From the NCBI GenBank assembly GCA_963718915.1, contig CAVRAI010000004.1, positions 390,001 to 422,000 of the forward strand: 32,000 nt of DNA, read 5' to 3'. Under the pieces are notes generated by a model. The model had not been told where the DNA came from. It ran no database searches and worked only from the letters and a program-made list of their open reading frames with translations. A program made the position numbers and the translations under genes. This stretch comes from an uncultured Chloroflexia bacterium (lineage in GTDB: Bacteria > Chloroflexota > Ktedonobacteria > Ktedonobacterales > JADMIN01). Positions 23,395-30,621 of this stretch are shown here, piece by piece (the first letter of the stretch is position 1; the number at the start of each line of letters is the position of its first letter).

Positions 23395-25074
23395 ATGACG
23401 ACTCCAATCGAACGCATGCTCTCCGCGCCAACGTCACACGATGCCTCGGCAACGGCATGGCTTTGGCGCTTTTGGGATGCGTTGCGCACACCGGAGGGGC
23501 AGCGTCGCCTCGCATGGGCGCTGGTGCTGCTGCTCGTCGTCGTGGATAGCATTCTGGTCTGCCAGCACAGCATTGCCCGTTACCAGACTTACCACGCCGA
23601 CGCATTCGACCTCGGCAACATGAACCAGGCCGTCTGGAACACGCTTCACGGCAATTTCTTCCGCTTCACGAATCGCGGACTGGACTGGTTCGGCCCGCCG
23701 ACGCGCCTGGGCATCCACGTCGAGCCGATCCTCGTGCTCATCGCGCCGTTCTATCTGATTCACGATGGGCCTGAGACGCTGATCGTGATCCAGAATGTGG
23801 CGATGGCGCTCGGCGCGATCCCGCTTTTCCTGCTCAGTTTGCGCCGTCTGCCGGGGCTGCCGCTGCTAGGTGTCGCCTTCGCCGCGTCGTATCTGCTCGC
23901 ACCGGAATTTCTTGGCGCGGCGCTCTGGGATTTTCACAGCGTGGCGCTGGCGACACCGCTGCTCATTCTCGCCATCTGGGCGCTCGACGCCGGGCGATAT
24001 CGTACCTTCGCGGTGGCGGCGATTCTGGCCGCGCTCACCAAAGAGGACGTGGCGCTCTCGCTGGCGTTGCTGGGGATACTCATCATCTTCTGGCGCAGAC
24101 GGCCGGGTTTTGGTCTGGCCGTGACACTGCTCTCGATTGCGTATGCCGCATTGTGCTTTGGCGTCATCCTGCCCCACTTCAACGGCGGGATATCTGGCGG
24201 CAACAACTTCTGGTATCGCTATAGCTGGCTTGGAGGCTCGGCGGGGGCGGCGCTGAAGAATATCCTCAGGAATCCATTCCTCCCGTTGACCATCCTCGAT
24301 GCCGACCGTTTCGGCTATTTGGCGATGTTGCTGCGTACCGGCGGTGGGTTGGGCATCTTCATGCCCGCGCTCTGGCTCTGCGCGTTGCCGGAGCTGGCGG
24401 TCAATATTCTCAGCGCGCATGTCGAGCAGTATAGTGGCTTCTTTCAGTACAACGCCGTGATTCTGGCGTATGTTATGCCCGCCGCGATCTATGGCGTCGC
24501 GGCATTGCTGGCGGCGCGCCAACGGGTCGAGCGTGGCGAATCGACCCCCCGGCCTGAACGCTCAGCCGAGAAGACACTACGGGCGCGTATGACCTCGCTG
24601 GCGCGGTTATTTGTCTGGGGCTGGCGCAGGCTGCTGGAACATATCCCTGTCCAGTCGCGCTGGATTCCGGCGCTGGTGATCCTGTGGCTGCTGGTGACGG
24701 GCTGGTGGAACCTGACCACAACGGCGGGCGGCATGATCGGGTCATTCTGGCACGCTGGCGATACGCCCATTCCCCATCAGAACGAGGTCAACGCGCTGCT
24801 GGATCGCGTGCCGCAGTCGGCCACGGTCGCGGCCACCGACTCGCTCAATCCACGTTTGAGCAGTCGCTACACCATCTATTTGATGCCCGACCCACAGTCA
24901 TACCTGGCAGACTATGTTGCCGTGGATATTCCCGACGCCATTTCGGTCTCGCGAGCGGACGACGAGCACATGCTGGCAATCATGATGCAGTCAGATCATT
25001 ACAAGGTTGTTGGGCGCGCGGGCGACGTCACGCTGCTACGGCGCGTGGGGACGCCGGTCGCTCCCACCGGATGA
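23395..25074 (+). CDS. DUF2079-family polytopic membrane protein (GT-C-like, function unknown)
   Basis: 559 aa with many TM helices. The N-terminal loop motif YQTYHADAFDLGNMNQAVWNTLHG is characteristic of DUF2079 as I recall it. Confidence 0.7.
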   Translation: MTTPIERMLSAPTSHDASATAWLWRFWDALRTPEGQRRLAWALVLLLVVVDSILVCQHSIARYQTYHADAFDLGNMNQAVWNTLHGNFFRFTNRGLDWFGPPTRLGIHVEPILVLIAPFYLIHDGPETLIVIQNVAMALGAIPLFLLSLRRLPGLPLLGVAFAASYLLAPEFLGAALWDFHSVALATPLLILAIWALDAGRYRTFAVAAILAALTKEDVALSLALLGILIIFWRRRPGFGLAVTLLSIAYAALCFGVILPHFNGGISGGNNFWYRYSWLGGSAGAALKNILRNPFLPLTILDADRFGYLAMLLRTGGGLGIFMPALWLCALPELAVNILSAHVEQYSGFFQYNAVILAYVMPAAIYGVAALLAARQRVERGESTPRPERSAEKTLRARMTSLARLFVWGWRRLLEHIPVQSRWIPALVILWLLVTGWWNLTTTAGGMIGSFWHAGDTPIPHQNEVNALLDRVPQSATVAATDSLNPRLSSRYTIYLMPDPQSYLADYVAVDIPDAISVSRADDEHMLAIMMQSDHYKVVGRAGDVTLLRRVGTPVAPTG

Positions 25075-25121
25075 ATGTGTGTAACCCCGTCCCAAACAAT
25101 GGGTGGGTTGGAGAGTGCGCT

Positions 25122-25880
25122 ATGCCGGGATTGAGCGAGGGTTTACGGCGACTGCTGGATGCCATTTATCCTCCGCGTTGTGTCGTCTGTCAGCGCGTGG
25201 GCGCGCCAGTCTGTGCGAGTTGTATCGGCAGCATGCAGCCGCCCGCTGCGCCAATCTGTGCGCGCTGTGGCCAGACGATTCGCGTGACGCCCAATTCCGC
25301 CTCCAGCCTCTGCCCGGATTGCGCCAATGGCCGTGGCCCGAAGCATCTCGACGGAGTCCGAGTGACCACCACCTATGCGGGCGCTGTTCGCCCCGCGATA
25401 TTGGCGCTCAAGTTTCGCGGTCAGCGGCGAGTGGCCGAATGTCTCGCGCCGCTCATGGGAGCGCCATTTCAATCCGACATCCACACAGCGGACATAGTCA
25501 TCCCGGTCCCGTTGCATGCCAGTCGACGGCGCGAGCGAGGCTACAATCAGGCGGAACTGCTGGCGCGCGCATTCGCGGCGTTGCAAGGGTTGCCTGTCCG
25601 TACTGATGTGCTGGCGCGCGCGCGCGCGACCGAGGCGCAGACGCATCTCTCGCAGGCGGAGCGTCGGCGCAATGTGGCTGGCGCTTTCGCCCTCTCCAAC
25701 CCCACTGCCGTAAAGGTTATCGCCGGGCAGCGGATTGTGCTGGTGGATGATGTCACCACGACCGGGAGTACGCTCGACGCCGCTGCCGAGCCACTACGCG
25801 CCGCAGGGGCCGCGTCGCTCTGGGGGCTGGCCTTCGCGCGACCTATTGCGGGCGGATCAGACGCAGGCGACGCGCCCTGA
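25122..25880 (+). CDS. ComF-family protein (zinc-ribbon plus phosphoribosyltransferase domain)
   Basis: Cys pairs at the N-terminus (PPRCVVCQ...CASC...CARCG...CPDC) and the PRTase motif RIVLVDDVTTTGSTL. The start is set at ATG 25122. The track ORF 24684..25880 overlaps the previous gene by about 390 nt and its extra N-terminus is R/G/A-rich. Confidence 0.8.
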   Translation: MPGLSEGLRRLLDAIYPPRCVVCQRVGAPVCASCIGSMQPPAAPICARCGQTIRVTPNSASSLCPDCANGRGPKHLDGVRVTTTYAGAVRPAILALKFRGQRRVAECLAPLMGAPFQSDIHTADIVIPVPLHASRRRERGYNQAELLARAFAALQGLPVRTDVLARARATEAQTHLSQAERRRNVAGAFALSNPTAVKVIAGQRIVLVDDVTTTGSTLDAAAEPLRAAGAASLWGLAFARPIAGGSDAGDAP

Positions 25881-25991
25881 GATGGACTGGCGGGAGCGGA
25901 AATTGCGTGCATATCCTGTAGAGCAACCAAAGCAGGTCTGTGCATCTACCTGAGCGTCGCCGGGCCTGGCTGCTGGCGAGAGGAGCAGGCA

Positions 25992-27293
25992 ATGGCGCTG
26001 GCGGAGGAGCAGGTCGAACAACTGGTGCTCTTGCTGATAGTCTCGCTGATCGTGGCGCTGATTGCCCGGCAGTTCCGCTTTCCCTACACGCTCGCGCTGG
26101 TGCTGGTGGGCCTGGCGCTCGGTCGGATTCCCATAGTCTCCGGCGTTCACCTCAATCCCGAGGTGGTCCTCTTTATCTTCATCCCCGTGCTGCTCTTTGA
26201 AGGCTCATGGAATGTCAGCGTCATGGTGCTGCTGAAGAACTGGTTGCCGGTGCTGTTGCTGGCGGCGCCTGGTTTGCTCATCGCGCTGACGGTGGCCGCG
26301 TCTGCCCTCCACTTCGGCGCTGGCCTCACCTGGCTTGAAGCGCTGCTGCTCGGCGCGATCATCTCGCCCACCGATCCGGTGGCTGTCGTGAGCCTCTTCC
26401 GGCAGTTGCGCATAGGCGAGCGGCTGCGGACCATCATCGAGGGCGAGAGCCTGTTCAACGATGGCGTCGGCGCCGCCGTCTATACGATTGTCCTTGGCCT
26501 GTTGCTGATAGAGGAGGGCAGATCGGCGCAGTCTATCGCTGGGTGGCAGGTAGGCGTGGAGACGGCGTGGCTCATCATTGGGGGTCCTGTGATTGGCCTG
26601 GTCTTTGGCTTTCTCATCTCACGGCTGCTCAGACATTTTGACGATCACCTGATCGAGATGACCATCACCTTTAGCGCCGCGTATGGTGTCTATTTGGTGG
26701 GCGATCTGCTCCACACGTCGGGCCTGCTGGCGGTCGTGATGGCTGGTCTCACGCTTGGCGGTTATGGGCGTCAGCGCAGTATGTCTGAACGCACCCGTGA
26801 TGTGGTGGATGATGTATGGGAGTTCATCAGCTATATTGCCAACTCGCTGCTCTTTCTGTTGCTGGGCATTCAAATTAGCAACTCGCATATCGGCGCGGTC
26901 TTCGGGCCGTTGCTCTGGGCAATTGCCGGTGTTATCGTCGGGCGCGCGCTGATGATTTTTCTGATGCTTACGCTTCAGGACGGTATCGCCCACTGGTACG
27001 CGCATCGTCGGCGGAGCGCGCATAAGAGCCTGCGCAGTTCGATCATGCCTGTGCCACGCAGCTGGCGACCGATCATTTTGCTCTCAGGGCTGCGAGGCGC
27101 GCTCTCGCTGGCGCTGGTGCTCAGCCTGCCGCAAGGGATGCCCAACAGCAGTCTGTTTGAGTTCGTCACCTATGGTGTCGTGCTGATAACGCTGCTTGGA
27201 CAGGGCATCGCCATGCGGGCGATTCTGCCACGGTGGTCGCGCCAGCACGAGCCGGTTGATACGGCGTCGGCTACCACGCATTCCCAGACGTGA
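25992..27293 (+). CDS. CPA1-family Na+/H+ (NhaP-type) antiporter
   Basis: 433 aa and polytopic. It contains the motif LLGAIISPTDPVAVVSLF and ESLFNDG, typical of NhaP/NHE-type exchangers. SD GAGAGGAG lies upstream. Confidence 0.85.
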   Translation: MALAEEQVEQLVLLLIVSLIVALIARQFRFPYTLALVLVGLALGRIPIVSGVHLNPEVVLFIFIPVLLFEGSWNVSVMVLLKNWLPVLLLAAPGLLIALTVAASALHFGAGLTWLEALLLGAIISPTDPVAVVSLFRQLRIGERLRTIIEGESLFNDGVGAAVYTIVLGLLLIEEGRSAQSIAGWQVGVETAWLIIGGPVIGLVFGFLISRLLRHFDDHLIEMTITFSAAYGVYLVGDLLHTSGLLAVVMAGLTLGGYGRQRSMSERTRDVVDDVWEFISYIANSLLFLLLGIQISNSHIGAVFGPLLWAIAGVIVGRALMIFLMLTLQDGIAHWYAHRRRSAHKSLRSSIMPVPRSWRPIILLSGLRGALSLALVLSLPQGMPNSSLFEFVTYGVVLITLLGQGIAMRAILPRWSRQHEPVDTASATTHSQT

Positions 27294-27338
27294 CTCGCTG
27301 ACATCGGCGGCGAATGTCTGCTATGGTATCGTACAATC

Positions 27339-28685
27339 ATGACGAGAAAGCCCCGGCGTATTCTTTCGCCGGCAGAAAGGATAGTCTGGGTGAACACATC
27401 AGAGTCGACCAGCACGACGGGTAGCGAACTGGTCCCGAACTACTTCATGCATGTCTTTCCGAACGGTCTACGCATGGTGGGGCAGCGGATGCCCAGCCTG
27501 GCGTCTGTCACATTCGGAATACAGCTCGATGCGGGCATACGCGATGAGTCGGAAGACCAGCTTGGCCTGACCTACCTGCTCTCCGAGATGATGTTTCAGG
27601 GGACGGAGCATCGGTCGGTGCGCCAGCTCACGGAGGAGTTCGAGGCGCTTGGCGCGCGCAAAGGCGGCGAGTCAGCCATCGAATTCGCGCGCTACTCGGC
27701 GCAGATTGTCGGTAATCGGCTCGATATCGCCCTGGATCTATTTGCCGATGTGCTGCTCCACCCTGCCCTGCCCGAAGAAGAACTGAGCCAGATGCGCGCG
27801 GTGCAGTTGCAGGAGATTCGCCGTCGCGACGATGAGCCGATGCGCCGTATCTTCGATCTGGCGCGCGAACGCTACTACACGAACTCTCCCCTCGCGCGGC
27901 GTGCCCTCGGCACGCAGGCGACCGTCGAGGCGATCACCCGCGATGACCTGCGTACATTCTGGCAGGCGCGCTATCATCCAGCCGGAACAGTGTTATCGAT
28001 AGCGGGCGACTTCGACTGGGATGCCGCAGTCGCGCGCGTCGGCGAATTGTTTGGCGGCTGGAGCGGCGAATCGCCCGCTTCGGCGACTGCCCTGCCACAC
28101 CCAGAATCATCCGTCTTTGTCGAGCCGCAGGAGGGCAACCAGCAGCATATCGCAATGGTCTTTCCCTTCCCGGCCTATGGCGATCCCGACTATTACGCTG
28201 CCTCGGTTGTCACCGAGATTTTCGGCGGCGGCATGACCTCACGGCTCTTCCGCGAGGTGCGCGAGAAACGCGGGCTGGTCTATTCAGTCGCGGCGATGTT
28301 CGCCCCTAATGGCGCATCTGGCGCGGGCTTTCTCTACGCTGGCACGACGCCGGAGAAGGCGCCGGAGACTGTCAGGGTGATGCTGGATGAGTTGAAGTTG
28401 CTGCGTGACAAGGGGGTAACCGACGACGAACTGGAACGCGCCAGGGTGCAGCTCAAGAGCGAGCTGGTGATGCGCGGAGAAAGTTCGGCGGCGCGGATGG
28501 GTTCGCTGCTGCGGTCGTGGTGGTTTGAGGGGAAGCTGACGACGATTCAAGAGTTGAAGGAAGCGGTAGATGGCGTCAGCCGCGAGCAGATCATGCGCCT
28601 ACTCGAACGCTTCCCGCTGACGGATCCGCTGGTGCGGGTGGCCATTGGCCCGCGCCCGGCGGAGGATCTCTTCCCCGACGCTTGA
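27339..28685 (+). CDS. M16 (pitrilysin/insulinase) family protein, probably non-catalytic
   Basis: Two-domain M16 architecture is suggested (FPNGLRMVGQRMP, FQGTEHRS, later GGGMTSRLFREVREKRGLVYSV). The position of the HxxEH zinc motif reads TYLLSEM. GTG 27390 behind GAAAGGA is an alternative start. Confidence 0.8.
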   Translation: MTRKPRRILSPAERIVWVNTSESTSTTGSELVPNYFMHVFPNGLRMVGQRMPSLASVTFGIQLDAGIRDESEDQLGLTYLLSEMMFQGTEHRSVRQLTEEFEALGARKGGESAIEFARYSAQIVGNRLDIALDLFADVLLHPALPEEELSQMRAVQLQEIRRRDDEPMRRIFDLARERYYTNSPLARRALGTQATVEAITRDDLRTFWQARYHPAGTVLSIAGDFDWDAAVARVGELFGGWSGESPASATALPHPESSVFVEPQEGNQQHIAMVFPFPAYGDPDYYAASVVTEIFGGGMTSRLFREVREKRGLVYSVAAMFAPNGASGAGFLYAGTTPEKAPETVRVMLDELKLLRDKGVTDDELERARVQLKSELVMRGESSAARMGSLLRSWWFEGKLTTIQELKEAVDGVSREQIMRLLERFPLTDPLVRVAIGPRPAEDLFPDA

Positions 28686-28756
28686 TGTGAGTCGATACGA
28701 GTCATACCAATTCCGGCTGGGTTGTTGTATGTGGGGAGCGTGCCGGAAGCCCAAAG

Positions 28757-28790
28757 GCCCCGGCGAATGGGGATGAAAATTCGCCGGGGC
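28757..28790 (+). terminator. Hairpin downstream of the M16 gene (possible terminator)
   Basis: GCCCCGGCGAAT (28757-28768) pairs with ATTCGCCGGGGC (28779-28790), a 12-bp perfect stem with a 10-nt loop. It starts 72 nt after the stop. No U-tract. Confidence 0.4.
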
Positions 28791-29008
28791 GTTCACGCTA
28801 CGGCCTGCCTCCGTATGACAACAGTCCAACCGGATGTAGTATCAGCCAGTTCGAGTGAGATATGGGCGCCCATGATTCGTCACGAGCGCCCATGTCTATT
28901 TGTGTGTATCGGCCGTCCAAACGGCGTGACGGCTGACCCTACCTCGAGGTCGCACGTTTCGGCGTCTGTGGCGCGGGATGGCTATGGCGTCGATCCAGCG
29001 GGTTCTTG

Positions 29009-29081
29009 CGCGCGGGGATCTGTGGCGTTTTGACGTTTGGCCGCGCGCTGGATGGATGCCTTCGCGCGGGGATCTGTGGCG
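29009..29081. repeat. 19-nt direct repeat, two copies 54 bp apart
   Basis: CGCGCGGGGATCTGTGGCG occurs at 29009-29027 and again at 29063-29081, within the 613-bp convergent intergenic region. Confidence 0.7.
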
Positions 29082-29298
29082 CTGGCGCCAGCGGCAAAAG
29101 TGTTGGACGTGGTGGGCGCATTGGCGTTGCCGGGGCTGCCGACGTCGCCGGGGTTGAGCTATCTCGTAGCATCGGATGCCTCCTCAGGCAGTTCGCGTAA
29201 TAACTGGTGAATTCGAGATTGAATCGGCACTACTCATATACACAGACCTATGCCCACCAATCTCGGTCGGTTGCTGCATAGTGAGCGACGCTCGGCGC

Positions 29299-30567
29299 TT
29301 ACATGACGTAGCCGCTGGCATCGAAGATCACATGGGTCGCGGTTCCCGCGGGCATATCGACCTTGATGCTGATCTGGCCGCCAGTATTGAGACCAACCGT
29401 TACGCCGTTGGCGATGACTTGGCCGCTGGCGAAGTTGATCGAGCTGGTGGCCGGCAAGGGCGCGCCGCCCGGATAGAGGCGCAGGTCGCCACCTCCATTG
29501 GGCTGTACCACGGTGACGTTGCCCACCACGCCAGTCGCGCCTTTCGGCACGCTAATTCCACCGACATCCACACCGGTGACCTGAAGGACGTACACCGAGC
29601 CTGCGGAAAGCCTCCCGATCGATAAGCGCGTATCGAGCAGGCGAATGGGTGCGGACAGCAGATTGACCATACCACCCCTGCCAGCAGCGGCCGCGGCTAC
29701 TTTGAGCCACGTGCCGGGCGAGCCACCCGCAACGCAGATGAATAGATTGCCACCCGCGTCGCGAATCTGCTCGCCAGCGGAGTATGCTCCATCGGTGGGC
29801 GCGCCAACGGAAAGCATAGGAATCGAGGCGAGACGGCCTGAGCCACCAGCATTCAGGGCGATACCTGTGCCGCTGTTCCCCTGGACAGCAACACCCGCGT
29901 CGGAAGAGCCCCACATGCCCCAGCAGGCGGCGCTCCCTTTTGCGACGCCGTAGACCCCTGTCCCGTTGGAGCCAGCGTTGCCTGCAACGCCGACAGCATT
30001 AGCGCCATCGCCTGCTATGCCACCGACACCCGCGGAGCCAGCAGTGTTGTAGTTACCCGCGTTGCCGTTGATCGCTAGACCGTTGTCGCCTATGGCAACA
30101 TTGAATGCAGTTGGCTTCGTTTCACTGCCATCATACGTCAACGTAGTCACGTGTTCAGCCATGTTACTCGCGTTGCCCAACACTAAATTGGCGCCATCGG
30201 CGGCATGGGCTGTCGGCATCCTCAGCGCCGTGCCTCCGGCAGTGGCCAGGGCAGCGGCGGCGCCGACTCCGCCCCACTTGAGCAGCGTCCGTCGACTCGT
30301 CGGATGTACTGAGAAGTCGGATTGTTCGATAGTGGTGACTGGAGCGTGATCGTTGAGAGCGGCGGCTGAGGCTGCCTCAAGTGACGCAATCTCGGCCGCC
30401 AATTCCGCGCGAAACGCCTCGAAATCCTCTTGCTGACGCCGACGCAACGAACCTATCTCTTGCCGAAGTAACCCAAGATCGCAGTTGGCGGGTACATCGG
30501 TGGCTTTCTCTGTCAGAACGGGAACAATCGGCGCCGTTGACCACGACGCATTGTTATGAGCAGACAT
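29299..30567 (-). CDS. Glycine-rich repeat protein with N-terminal coiled coil, internal Tat-like signal and conserved C-terminal domain (paralogue 1)
   Basis: Predicted coiled coil LLRQEIGSLRRRQQEDFEAFRAELAAEIASL. Then TSRRTLLKWGGVGAAAALATAGGTALRMPTAHA-ADG (S-R-R-x-L-L-K plus an AxA site). Then GVxG-type Gly-rich repeats, GEQIRDAGGNLFICVAGGSPGTWLKV, and a C-terminal block of about 130 aa ending FDASGYVM. ATG 30567 is preferred over GTG 30579, which lies inside the AAGGTGA SD. Confidence 0.75.
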   Translation of the reverse strand: MSAHNNASWSTAPIVPVLTEKATDVPANCDLGLLRQEIGSLRRRQQEDFEAFRAELAAEIASLEAASAAALNDHAPVTTIEQSDFSVHPTSRRTLLKWGGVGAAAALATAGGTALRMPTAHAADGANLVLGNASNMAEHVTTLTYDGSETKPTAFNVAIGDNGLAINGNAGNYNTAGSAGVGGIAGDGANAVGVAGNAGSNGTGVYGVAKGSAACWGMWGSSDAGVAVQGNSGTGIALNAGGSGRLASIPMLSVGAPTDGAYSAGEQIRDAGGNLFICVAGGSPGTWLKVAAAAAGRGGMVNLLSAPIRLLDTRLSIGRLSAGSVYVLQVTGVDVGGISVPKGATGVVGNVTVVQPNGGGDLRLYPGGAPLPATSSINFASGQVIANGVTVGLNTGGQISIKVDMPAGTATHVIFDASGYVM

Positions 30568-30621
30568 GCGATATCTCACCTTCTTGCCTGGTACTCTTCA
30601 TAACCATCGACAATGTGGCGG

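Noticed and set aside
24684-25121. 146-codon N-terminal extension of the ComF-like ORF
   Set aside because: It overlaps the DUF2079 gene by about 390 nt in another frame and is R/G/A-rich. The conserved ComF zinc-ribbon begins right after ATG 25122.
29009-29081. CRISPR-like repeat-spacer structure
   Set aside because: There are only two copies of a 19-nt repeat with one 35-nt spacer, no cas genes and no further units.
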